Shown one piece after another: positions 36,031 through 45,578 of a DNA stretch of 64,000 bases (its first letter is position 1; the number at the start of each line of letters is the position of its first letter). This stretch comes from Promethearchaeota archaeon (lineage in GTDB: Archaea; Asgardarchaeota; Lokiarchaeia; Sigyniarchaeales; SOKP01). Made by a program: the position numbers and the translations under genes. Location: positions 110,080-174,079 of the forward strand of contig JAHPZE010000006.1 in the NCBI GenBank assembly GCA_019058365.1, in the 5' to 3' direction. The notes under the pieces were generated by a model. It did no database searches and was not told where the DNA came from. It was given only the letters and a program-made list of their open reading frames with translations.

Positions 36031-37344
36031 TTAAAAATTAATATCTTCTAATACTATAGTTTCTCTTCTATCTGGTCCAATAGAAACCATAGCAATATCA
36101 GTGTTAAGTAATTCCTTAATAGATTGAATATATATTCTCATTGGCTCTGGAAGGGCATCATATCCCTTTTTGGCAATATTTAACCATTCATCTCGAGATT
36201 TTGCTTCCCAACCTTCAAAAGTTTTATAAATTGGTACACAATTTTCAATAATTTCTGATTGGATTGGCCAACTTTCAAGTTTTTTACCGTTAAGTTCATA
36301 AGTGGTACATATCTTAATTGGATTAATCCCTTCTAAGGCGTCTAAAAGAGTAATTATAACCTTATCAACACCGTTAATCATGATTCCATATTTAATATTA
36401 AAAAGGTCTAACCATCCAACTCTACGTGGTCTTCCGGTTACAGTCCCATATTCATGACCTTGTTCTCGGATTTTATCAGCATTATCATTAAACAATTCTG
36501 TTGGGAATTTTCCCTCACCAACACGAGAAGTATATGCCTTTACTATTCCAATTATTTTATTTATTTTTTTTGGAGGAATTCCAGTACCTGCAGAAATACC
36601 CAATGCATTGGCATTAGATGATGTACCATAAGGGTAGTATCCATGATCTATACCAAGTAAACTGCCTTGAGCCGCCTCAAAAAGAATATTTTTTCCAGCA
36701 TCAAGAGCTTTATTCAAATAATATGCTGAATCAATTACATAAGGCTTTAATTGTTCACCATAATTTTTGTATTCTTCATAAATGGTGTCTAAATTAACAC
36801 TCCAGCTTGGATCATAAATATTTATAAGCTCTTTTTTAATTTTAAACAATTTTTCCAATTTTGGTTTTAGAATCTCAGGATTTATTAAGTCAAAGACTCT
36901 TAACCCCCACCTAGCTGCTTTATCAGAATAAGTAGGACCAATTCCTCTTTTAGTGGTTCCTGCGGCATAATTTCCTTTTGATTCTTCTTCTAATCCATCT
37001 AAAATACGGTGAAAGGGAAAAATTACATGGGCTGTAGAACTCAGCTTTAAATAAATGTTCTTGTTTAATTTCTTTAGATTTTCAATTTCCTCAAGTAAAA
37101 CTTTTGGATCAACTACACAACCATTAGCTATTACTCCCTCTTTTTCTAAAGGAGCACCAGATGGCATCAATTTAAATTTATATTTAACTCCATTAGCAAC
37201 AATTGTATGTCCTGCGTTATTTCCTCCATTATACCTAACAACTATGTCTGCTTTTTGAGCTAAATAATCAACAAATTTACCTTTTCCCTCGTCACCCCAC
37301 GATAACCCTATAACAGCAATTGTGTTATTCATAACCATTTCCAA
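36031..37344 (-). CDS. purA: Adenylosuccinate synthetase
   Basis: GLSWGDEGKGKFVDYL, GGNNAGHT, TTKRGIGPTY, GTVTGRPRR. The true start is probably the ATG at 37332 (MNNTIAVIG). Confidence 0.95.
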   Translation of the reverse strand: MEMVMNNTIAVIGLSWGDEGKGKFVDYLAQKADIVVRYNGGNNAGHTIVANGVKYKFKLMPSGAPLEKEGVIANGCVVDPKVLLEEIENLKKLNKNIYLKLSSTAHVIFPFHRILDGLEEESKGNYAAGTTKRGIGPTYSDKAARWGLRVFDLINPEILKPKLEKLFKIKKELINIYDPSWSVNLDTIYEEYKNYGEQLKPYVIDSAYYLNKALDAGKNILFEAAQGSLLGIDHGYYPYGTSSNANALGISAGTGIPPKKINKIIGIVKAYTSRVGEGKFPTELFNDNADKIREQGHEYGTVTGRPRRVGWLDLFNIKYGIMINGVDKVIITLLDALEGINPIKICTTYELNGKKLESWPIQSEIIENCVPIYKTFEGWEAKSRDEWLNIAKKGYDALPEPMRIYIQSIKELLNTDIAMVSIGPDRRETIVLEDINF

Positions 37345-37569
37345 TTTAACATTTTTTTAAATTTACTTCACTTAAAATGATCCAAAAAAGATTATTATAT
37401 ACAGTTTAAAAAATTTTTGGTAAGCAAGAACGGAAATAAAATAGATAAGTAATGATTTTTATATGCGAATTTTCTTGTAAGTCATAAACTTATTTTATTA
37501 AATAATCAATAAAAAATAAGCCCCTTTTTAAAAACAGCTAAAATCTCTTTCACTTAGGATATAGGAACA

Positions 37570-38487
37570 ATGCTAAAAAAAACCATACTTTTTGATTTAA
37601 CTCACAATGAAATGTTAAATATCGATGATGAAGAATTTAAGGAATTCTCAAATCTTCTAAAACGATTAGATGTTAAGATTAAAAAGAATGAGAATGGACA
37701 TATAACGAAAAACACATTAGAAAATATTGATCTTGTAATCATTGGTAATCCAATTGATGATTTCTTTTCAAGTTTAGAAATAAAACATGTTGTTGATCAT
37801 GTGAGAAGTGGAGGGGGGGTACTCTTATTGAGTGAATATGGAGCAGATCACCTTCAAAAAACCAATCTAAATGATATTGCTGGAAAATTTGGTATTTTTT
37901 TTGAGAAAAATATAATTAAAGAGATAAATGACAACAATAAAAATTGTTCTAGCATATTACACATTCAGAATTTTTTAAAGCATCAAATAACAAAAAATTT
38001 AAGAGAAATAATAATTGGAGGTGCATGTTCCTTATTTTTAAGTAAAGAAGTAAAGCCTATATTGCAATCAAATGAACGATCTGTATGGTCAGAAGTTTAT
38101 AATAATGCATCTGAGGAATGGTCCAAACTAGAGGAAAAACAGTATACTCTTGCAGCATATTCAGAATTTGGTCAAGGAAAAATCATTGCGATTGGAGATA
38201 TTGATATATTCACTAACAATTCAAAAATAGGCATAAATTCATTGGATAATCGAAAATTTATTCAAAATATTATTAATTGGTTAATAAATCCTGTTAAGGA
38301 ATCTAAGGTTAAGTCATTTATCCTTAATCAACTTGGTGATCTCCAATATGAAATTAAGGAGACTAACAAAGTATTGAATAATATTATCGAAACTATGACG
38401 ATTTTAGAAAAACGAATTACTTATTTGGAAAAAAATTCAAAAGTAGATATGCAACCATCAGATCAAGAAGAAAGTTTTGAAACTTAA
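37570..38487 (+). CDS. GIFT/DUF4350-like (GldG / IFT52 N-terminal-type) domain protein with a C-terminal coiled coil
   Basis: 305 aa. ILFDLTHNE, DLVIIGNPIDDFFSSLEIKHVVDHVRSGGGVLLLSEYG, TNLNDIAGKFGIFF, GKIIAIGDIDIF, NRKFIQNIINWL. This follows the GIFT/ABC_transp_aux pattern. Confidence 0.55.
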   Translation: MLKKTILFDLTHNEMLNIDDEEFKEFSNLLKRLDVKIKKNENGHITKNTLENIDLVIIGNPIDDFFSSLEIKHVVDHVRSGGGVLLLSEYGADHLQKTNLNDIAGKFGIFFEKNIIKEINDNNKNCSSILHIQNFLKHQITKNLREIIIGGACSLFLSKEVKPILQSNERSVWSEVYNNASEEWSKLEEKQYTLAAYSEFGQGKIIAIGDIDIFTNNSKIGINSLDNRKFIQNIINWLINPVKESKVKSFILNQLGDLQYEIKETNKVLNNIIETMTILEKRITYLEKNSKVDMQPSDQEESFET

Positions 38488-38627
38488 TCAACTTAAGAAG
38501 TCTTATTATTAAATATTCGAAAAGAATATGAAGTCCTTTTTTTTTTAATAAATAAATATTAAAAATTTTGATATTTATCTAGATTATCAATTGTCATAAA
38601 TATTACTAATTTTAAGGAGAAAATAAA

Positions 38628-40076
38628 ATGCCTTTAAAAACTCCAAAAGAATATCTAGAGTCTATTAAAAGACCAATTAATTTATATATGTTTGGTGAAA
38701 AAGTAAAAGAGTTTTGGAACCACCCAATCATTAAACCTTCAATAAATACTGTAATGAAGATTTATGAGTTAGCCCAAATAGATGAGTATAAAGAACTAAT
38801 GACAGCAAAGTCTCATTTAACGGGTGAAACTATAAATAGGTTTACTCATATTCATCAATCCGTAGATGACTTAATAAAAAAAGTAAAAATGCAGAGACTA
38901 CTCGGACAAAAAACTGCTTGCTGCTTTCAAAGATGCGTAGGTTTTGATACTGCAAATGCATTATACAGCGTAACTTATGAGATGGATAAAAAGAATAATA
39001 CTAATTATCATGAACGTTTTAAAAAATATTGGATTGAAGTTCAAACCCAAGATCTAATGGTAGATGGCGCAATGACAGATACGAAAGGTGATAGAAGCAA
39101 AAGACCTAAAGATCAACCAGATCCCGATGCTTTTTTACATATAGTAGACGAGAATGATGAGGGTATCATAGTAAGAGGAGCCAAAGTTCATCAAACAGGA
39201 TTTCTTAACTCTCATCGGGCAATCGTTATGCCTACACTTTCTTTAAGACCAGGTGAAGAGGAATATGCGGTAAGTTTTGGAATTGATACAAATACAGATG
39301 GAATTACTCTAATATATGGAAGACAATCATGTGATACAAGAAAATTGGAAAATGAGAAACTAGATATCGGAAATTTTAAATATGGTGGACAAGAAATTTT
39401 TGTTGTCTTCAACAATGTCTTTATTCCAAATGAAAATATTTTTATGAAGGGTGAGATCGAGTTCGCTGGAGAATTGGTTAATCGATTTGCTGGATTTCAT
39501 CGGCAATCTTATGGTGGATGCAAAGTGGGAGTTGGAGATGTACTTATCGGGGCTGCAGCTCTGATTTCTGAATATAATGGTACTCAGAACGCATCTCATA
39601 TTAAAGATAAACTTGTTGAAATGATACATTTAAATGAAACATTATATAGTTGTGGTATCGCTTGCAGCTCTTTAGGGTTCCAAAGAGAAGCTGGCAATTA
39701 TGAAATGGATATGTTATTAGCAAATGTATGTAAACAAAATGTTACTCGCTTTCCCTATGAAATAGGAAGATTAGCTGAAGATCTGGCGGGTGGAATGATT
39801 TGTACAATGCCTTCTGAAGCAGACATTAATTCAAAAGAGATTGGACCATTAATTGAAAAGTATTTAACTACATGTGAGGGAATATGCGCTGAAGATCGCT
39901 TTAAATTATTACGGTTTATTGAGAATTTAACCATGGGTGTTGCTTCTGTTAGCTATCGAACCGAATCGATGCATGGCGCGGGATCCCCTCAAGCACAAAG
40001 GATTATGATATCGAGACAAGCAAATTTCGAAGAAAAGAAAAAATTTGTAAAAGATATACTTGATATTGAAGAATAA
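38628..40076 (+). CDS. abfD: 4-hydroxybutyryl-CoA dehydratase / vinylacetyl-CoA delta-isomerase
   Basis: 482 aa, colinear with Clostridium AbfD as I recall it: KVKMQRLLGQKTACCFQRCVG, VDGAMTDTKGDRS, RGAKVHQTG, YGRQSCDTRK, FAGFHRQSYGGCKVGVGDV, LANVCKQNVTRFPYE, YRTESMHGAGSPQAQRIMI. Confidence 0.92.
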   Translation: MPLKTPKEYLESIKRPINLYMFGEKVKEFWNHPIIKPSINTVMKIYELAQIDEYKELMTAKSHLTGETINRFTHIHQSVDDLIKKVKMQRLLGQKTACCFQRCVGFDTANALYSVTYEMDKKNNTNYHERFKKYWIEVQTQDLMVDGAMTDTKGDRSKRPKDQPDPDAFLHIVDENDEGIIVRGAKVHQTGFLNSHRAIVMPTLSLRPGEEEYAVSFGIDTNTDGITLIYGRQSCDTRKLENEKLDIGNFKYGGQEIFVVFNNVFIPNENIFMKGEIEFAGELVNRFAGFHRQSYGGCKVGVGDVLIGAAALISEYNGTQNASHIKDKLVEMIHLNETLYSCGIACSSLGFQREAGNYEMDMLLANVCKQNVTRFPYEIGRLAEDLAGGMICTMPSEADINSKEIGPLIEKYLTTCEGICAEDRFKLLRFIENLTMGVASVSYRTESMHGAGSPQAQRIMISRQANFEEKKKFVKDILDIEE

Positions 40077-40202
40077 CTTAGAGTATTAAAACCTAGATTT
40101 TACAATTTTTATTATAATGATATCAAATTTTATTAATTATCGTATCTTTTTTAATATACAATGAAGTCTAATTTATATTAAAAAATAATTATATGACAAT
40201 TA

Positions 40203-40667
40203 ATGGGCAAACAAGTTCAAAGTCAGGCTAAGAAATTTGGATTGACAAATTTACCACGATATACATTTTATGGCAGACCAAAAAAAATTAAAGCTAAATT
40301 TTCAAAAATTAAACCAGATTTTGCTTATATTGTAGAAAGTTGGATGAAAAATCTAGATCCCACAACAAATATGAGTGAATCTATGGGTGCAAGGAGTTCT
40401 AATTATTACTATTTAGCGCCGCAATTACAAATCTATATTGAAATTGCTGATAAACTTTCGGGATATTTTGCATATAGTGAAGAAAATCATGCTTGTAAAA
40501 TAGATATTTATGCAAATAATACGGATTACGTAAAAGCAATTGTTAAAAGTTTTAACGATCAATGGGATGATGGAATAGTATCTCATCTTAACTTAAAAAA
40601 ACTTGAAAAAAAATATAAAGTCAGAGGAGAAGACATCGTTAATGCCTGGAATTCTTTTCTTCAATGA
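40203..40667 (+). CDS. Hypothetical protein
   Basis: 154-aa ORF with an ATG start and no motif I recognise. Confidence 0.45.
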   Translation: MGKQVQSQAKKFGLTNLPRYTFYGRPKKIKAKFSKIKPDFAYIVESWMKNLDPTTNMSESMGARSSNYYYLAPQLQIYIEIADKLSGYFAYSEENHACKIDIYANNTDYVKAIVKSFNDQWDDGIVSHLNLKKLEKKYKVRGEDIVNAWNSFLQ

Positions 40668-40711
40668 AATTAAAATATTAGGATTATTGCTTTTTAAATA
40701 AAAACCAAAAA

Positions 40712-40876
40712 TTATTTTTTCTCATTTTTTTCGATTAATACCTCTATTAAGTTGTAATCTCTTGATCCTAAGCCAATTTCTTCGGTTAACTTCAATTTTA
40801 ATTCCCAGTGTTTTGATTCTTTCTCACTGAAGTCCATTTCTCCACTTTTGGGATCAAAACGAGGGGTATAGGAAAA
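40712..40876 (-). pseudogene. 3'-terminal fragment of a DUF362-type gene (paralog of 43860..45083)
   Basis: The minus strand reads FSYTPRFDPKSGEMDFSEKESKHWELKLKLTEEIGLGSRDYNLIEVLIEKNEKK*. The intact gene ends FSHTPWFNPESGEMDFSGKESRHWELQLKLAEEIGLGTRDYNLIEVKIEKNK*. There is no upstream coding continuation. Confidence 0.85.
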
Positions 40877-41041
40877 CGTTTTATTGAGAATTTAACAAGG
40901 GGCATTGTTTCTGTTAGCTATCGAACTGAATCGATGCATGGAGCAAGAAGTCCTCAAGCACAAAGGATTATGATATCGAGACAAGCTAACTTCGAAGATA
41001 AGAAAAAATTAATCAAAAAAATTCTTGGCATCGAAGAATAG
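40877..41041 (+). pseudogene. 3'-terminal fragment of an abfD paralog
   Basis: Reads RFIENLTRGIVSVSYRTESMHGARSPQAQRIMISRQANFEDKKKLIKKILGIEE*. Intact AbfD ends RFIENLTMGVASVSYRTESMHGAGSPQAQRIMISRQANFEEKKKFVKDILDIEE*. The fragment abuts the DUF362 fragment directly. Confidence 0.9.
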
Positions 41042-41125
41042 ATTAGTACATTAAAATTTGGTCATATTATTTATTTCATTCAAAAAAAAAAAAGAGTAAT
41101 ATTCTATTTTTAATTTCCTTTATTC

Positions 41126-42508
41126 ATGATTGATCTATCTTATGATCAAATATTTTCTGCTTTTGAAGAAGTTTCAAACAACTTTAATCGAAAAAACCAA
41201 TATTTTGACATTTTGTATGATTCTTTATCAGCTGTATACATAGATATAGATCCCTCTAAGGAGGATATTTCAGTTATTTCAAAGACATCTGGTATTGTTG
41301 CAAGAACCTTTGATGGAACCTGGAAGGAAATTGGACTTCATGATTTTTCTAATCTGAATACTATTGAAGAAAAATTGCCTAAAGTCGTTAATAAAGGCGA
41401 AAAAATTGCTGAATTTAAAGGATGGAAGTTAAATAAAGAACTTAAAACTAAAATTGATCCTCAAAAAATCTCTATTGAAGAAAAGTTAAAGAAAATTAGA
41501 CACATTTTTAACTTTATTCAAAATTATGATAAAAAAATTGCCATGTGTCAATTAAAATACTTGGAAACCCAAATTACACGTATTTTCGTAAATAATGAGG
41601 GAAGTCAATTACGACAAGTGATACCAAGATTAAGATTCTTTATTTTTCCGATAGTTAAAGAAGGTATAAAGGTTGATTTTGATCATTTTGTACTTGAAGG
41701 TGAAGCGGGTTTTGAACTTTTTGATGAATTGAATGACAGTAAGTTAGAACAAATAGCAAATAACTCTTTGGAAATGTTAAATGCTAAAAAGCCTCCCTCA
41801 GGTAAATTTCCCGTAATAGTAGATTCAGGAATGGCTGGAACTATTGCTCATGAAAGTTTTGGTCATGGATTAGAAGCTGATCAAGTTTTAAGAGGAAGAA
41901 GTTATTTAAAAGAAAAATTGAATAAAAAGGTTGCTTCAGAAATATGTGTAATATGCGATACCCCAAACCTTGAAAATCAAATAGGATCTTATTACTTTGA
42001 TGATGAGGGTATAAAAGCAGGCAAAAACATATTGGTTGAAAATGGAATCCTAAAAAATTTCATTTATGATCGAAGAAGTGCCTCAGTATTAAATGGATCT
42101 CCACAAGGAAATGGAAGAAGGGAAAGTTATGCTCACGTTATTCATCCAAGGATGTCAAATACATATTTTGAACCAGGAGACTATGATCTAGAAGAAATGG
42201 TAACAGAAATTAAAGAGGGGATAATATGTAAACACTCATATTTTGGCATGGAGGATCCTATTGGTGGAGGTATGCAATGTACTTCTAAGAAAGGATATTT
42301 TATTGAAAATGGTGAACAGACGAAAATACTAAAAAGTATTGCTTTATCTGGTTATGTATTAGATGTACTACAGAATATTGATGCAATTAGTAAGGATGCT
42401 ACAAAACTTCATGGAGGCACATGTGGAAAGGGTAATGCTGATCATGTTCCTGTTAGCGATGGTGGTAGTTATCTTAGATTTAAAGAAGTATTAATTAGTC
42501 CGGGGTGA
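41126..42508 (+). CDS. tldD: TldD-family metalloprotease
   Basis: 460 aa. HESFGHGLEAD (HExxxH), GNGRRESY and a C-terminal GG-rich motif. A PmbA-like partner follows. Confidence 0.85.
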   Translation: MIDLSYDQIFSAFEEVSNNFNRKNQYFDILYDSLSAVYIDIDPSKEDISVISKTSGIVARTFDGTWKEIGLHDFSNLNTIEEKLPKVVNKGEKIAEFKGWKLNKELKTKIDPQKISIEEKLKKIRHIFNFIQNYDKKIAMCQLKYLETQITRIFVNNEGSQLRQVIPRLRFFIFPIVKEGIKVDFDHFVLEGEAGFELFDELNDSKLEQIANNSLEMLNAKKPPSGKFPVIVDSGMAGTIAHESFGHGLEADQVLRGRSYLKEKLNKKVASEICVICDTPNLENQIGSYYFDDEGIKAGKNILVENGILKNFIYDRRSASVLNGSPQGNGRRESYAHVIHPRMSNTYFEPGDYDLEEMVTEIKEGIICKHSYFGMEDPIGGGMQCTSKKGYFIENGEQTKILKSIALSGYVLDVLQNIDAISKDATKLHGGTCGKGNADHVPVSDGGSYLRFKEVLISPG

Positions 42509-43845
42509 AATTAAATATGTCTAAACAAAATTTAGATATAATAGAAAACCTAATGAAATCTAAAGGTGTTAAAGATTATGAGATTTTCCTTGTTGAAGGG
42601 AAAGCATATGAATCTATTCTACTGAAGGATAAGGTTGATAATGAAAGAGAACTGAATGATTTAAAATATATTTTACGAATTCTCTTTCATAAAGAAGACA
42701 AAACAGGAATTGGAGTTATTAAAGGAAATTCTCTGGATATAAACGAAATTGAGAAAAGCATAAATACATGCGTTTTAATCGCAAAAAATAATTTGGGTTC
42801 CCAATTTTACTTTCCAAGGGAAGCTTCTTTTCCAGAAGTATCAATCTTAGATAAAAAAATATTTCAGGCTCCCCTTGATATTAAAAATGATTTAGTAGAA
42901 GAATTAATTTCTGAGATAAATCATTATAAAGAAGTTACCCCTACTTTTGGGCGTTTTCGGGTTCATATCGATAAAATCTCTTTAAGAAATAGTAATGCTC
43001 TTGATATTAGCACTCTAAAGACTTATTTTTTTATAGAAATCTCATTAAAGGCTCAATTAAATGGGAAATTATCAGAATATTGGCCTTATTTATTTATCAA
43101 AGAAAAAAATCAATTAGATTTTTCAAAAAGAGTAGAAAAATGGGTTAGATTAGCTCAAGATTCCTTAAAAGCTAAAGGTCCACTACAGAATAATATTGCA
43201 ACTGTGATTTTTTCGCCACGAGTATTAAAAAATGCACTCAATCCTGTAATAGAAAGACACGCTTCTGGGAGTGCATATCTTCAAAATCTCTCTAGATTTG
43301 AAATCGATAAAGAGGTTGCTTCTAATAATATCTGTCTCATTGATAATGGGTTATTAGAAGGAGGTTTAAGAACTAATAAGTGGGATAGTGAAGGATCACC
43401 TCATCAAAGAACTGAAATAATTAAGGATGGAATTTTCCAAAAAAGACTTTATGATCAAAAATTTGCGCTTCTCGCTCATCAAAGCTCAACTGGAAATGGA
43501 ATGAGAACTTTAAAGGGCGCTGTTGATAATGGAATAAGTAATTTGGAGATTCTACCTGGAACTATGAATTTAGATGATATTATATCAGAAATAAATGAAG
43601 GTTATTATATTGAACAATTTTCTTGGTTGAATCCAAGCATACTATCAGGTGATTTTGGAGCAGAAATCAGAAATGGGTACTATATTAAAAATGGTAAATT
43701 TGAAAATCCAATCAAACTAGGAAATGTTAGCGGAAATGTGCTTAAAATGATCAAAGATTGCCAATACCTTTCTAAAGAACGAGAATATTTTGAGAACTCT
43801 CTTTTTCCTTACATGGTTTTTAACAATTTAGCTGTTTCACTATAA
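42505..43845 (+). CDS. pmbA: PmbA/TldE-family protein
   Basis: 446 aa. Its start overlaps the tldD stop (GTGA). The TldD/PmbA C-terminal pattern is present (GYYIEQFSWLNP..GDF, IRNGYYIKNG) but HExxxH is absent. Confidence 0.8.
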   Translation: MKLNMSKQNLDIIENLMKSKGVKDYEIFLVEGKAYESILLKDKVDNERELNDLKYILRILFHKEDKTGIGVIKGNSLDINEIEKSINTCVLIAKNNLGSQFYFPREASFPEVSILDKKIFQAPLDIKNDLVEELISEINHYKEVTPTFGRFRVHIDKISLRNSNALDISTLKTYFFIEISLKAQLNGKLSEYWPYLFIKEKNQLDFSKRVEKWVRLAQDSLKAKGPLQNNIATVIFSPRVLKNALNPVIERHASGSAYLQNLSRFEIDKEVASNNICLIDNGLLEGGLRTNKWDSEGSPHQRTEIIKDGIFQKRLYDQKFALLAHQSSTGNGMRTLKGAVDNGISNLEILPGTMNLDDIISEINEGYYIEQFSWLNPSILSGDFGAEIRNGYYIKNGKFENPIKLGNVSGNVLKMIKDCQYLSKEREYFENSLFPYMVFNNLAVSL

Positions 43846-43859
43846 AAAAAATGGAATTT

Positions 43860-45083
43860 TTATTTATTTTTTTCAATTTTCACTTCAATTAAATTATAAT
43901 CTCTTGTTCCTAAACCAATTTCTTCAGCCAACTTTAATTGTAATTCCCAGTGTCTTGACTCTTTCCCACTAAAATCCATTTCTCCGCTCTCAGGATTAAA
44001 CCAAGGTGTATGAGAAAACCATTCATGAGGTCCTTGAGTTGGTAAACCCTCCACTTCAGAAAGAACAGAATGAGGACTAATCGAAGATTTATGTATAAGA
44101 TCTACAGTTGCTTGGTCTAAAGCAACAGGATCTAAAGATGCTAAAACTCCAATATCTGGAACAAATGGGATATCTGAACCTCCTGTACAATCACACTGGT
44201 AGGTGATATCTATTGCATAATTAATATAAAAGATTTTATCTTTCCCAAAATATTCGACTACTCCCTTAGCATTATCGACCATCTGTGTAACGAAAACTTC
44301 ACGAGGAACGCTGCCGATATTAATAACTTTATCTTTGCATACCGAAGCACACATGTAACAAAATTTACATTTTTCTTCTTTGAAAATTAATTTATTATCT
44401 TTATCTTTAGATAATGCGTTGGTAGGGCATATATTAATACAGCTTTTACACTCAGGATTACAATTATCGAAATTAATCTCAAATGTTTTCCCCGTATGAG
44501 CTTCAACTTTTCCACCCTTCGAAACACAACCAATTCCGAGGTTCTTTATTGCCCCTCCAAACCCTCCGCTAATATGGCCTTTAAAATGCGATGCTAATAT
44601 CATATAATCAAAGTCTCTTAAACGTCCTGCCACTAAAACGTCATTAAATATCTTTCCATTAATTTTTTGAACTTCAAGATCAGCTCCAACTTTTCCATCT
44701 AACATAAGAATTGGAGCACCCATGGTTTCTTTTGTAAATCCATGCTTTAGAGCTGTTTCTAAATATTCTGCTTCAGATGATCGACCAGAGTATTCTGTAT
44801 GAACCCCTGAAACACTTTCGGGTAGACCCCATCCACAAGATTCTGCTACTGATGGAATCCCACCTAGATCTTTGACATAATCACATAAGAATCGTATATA
44901 GCTTGGGCGCAAGTATCTTGTGTTCTCTAATGCACCAAAATGTGTTTTAATTACTACTTTATCACCTTTCTTAATCTTTTGCTCAATTCCAATTTCTCTC
45001 AAGGCTAAAGAACCTTTAAATTTGCTCATACTTTGCTTATGAACGTGTGTTCGAGCCGTAAAATAAAAAACATCTGATTTCAT
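43860..45083 (-). CDS. DUF362 domain protein with an inserted 2x[4Fe-4S] ferredoxin domain
   Basis: 407 aa. KGDKVVIKTHFG (DUF362 N-terminal pattern), CKSCINICP and CKFCYMCASVC. Confidence 0.7.
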   Translation of the reverse strand: MKSDVFYFTARTHVHKQSMSKFKGSLALREIGIEQKIKKGDKVVIKTHFGALENTRYLRPSYIRFLCDYVKDLGGIPSVAESCGWGLPESVSGVHTEYSGRSSEAEYLETALKHGFTKETMGAPILMLDGKVGADLEVQKINGKIFNDVLVAGRLRDFDYMILASHFKGHISGGFGGAIKNLGIGCVSKGGKVEAHTGKTFEINFDNCNPECKSCINICPTNALSKDKDNKLIFKEEKCKFCYMCASVCKDKVINIGSVPREVFVTQMVDNAKGVVEYFGKDKIFYINYAIDITYQCDCTGGSDIPFVPDIGVLASLDPVALDQATVDLIHKSSISPHSVLSEVEGLPTQGPHEWFSHTPWFNPESGEMDFSGKESRHWELQLKLAEEIGLGTRDYNLIEVKIEKNK

Positions 45084-45241
45084 TATCCATTACTTTAAAT
45101 AAGTTCTATTAAATTCATACAAATAATTAGAATTTATAAGATAAGTCAAAAAATATTTTAACGCTAATTAATTCTATTAATATAATATATAAATAAAAAA
45201 ATAGCTCAGAAAATAATAAAAAAGAATAAGATGGTATTTTA

Positions 45242-45475
45242 ATGGCTCGCTGCCCCGAATGCGGAGGTTTTATGAAATATCATTCAGCCATAAAACAGAT
45301 GGTTTGTCAATCATGCGGACTTTCGTTAACTAGACATGAATTAGATGGGTATTGGAAAAAAGTAAGAAGTGAAAATATTACAGAAACTGACAATATGCAA
45401 CAAAAGAAAAATCGGCGTAAAGAATGGTTAGAGTGGTATTCCTCCTCTAAAGAATCCAAGGAAAAAGATTTTTAG
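45242..45475 (+). CDS. Small zinc-ribbon protein
   Basis: 77 aa. CPECGG...CQSCG, then a basic/charged tail. Confidence 0.55.
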   Translation: MARCPECGGFMKYHSAIKQMVCQSCGLSLTRHELDGYWKKVRSENITETDNMQQKKNRRKEWLEWYSSSKESKEKDF

Positions 45476-45578
45476 AAATCAATATTAATAAGTTAGATTT
45501 TCTACAAAATAAGAGAATTCTATTTAGAATTAAGAAAAAAGAGAGTTATATTGTTTTAGACCATTGAGCTATTACCTA

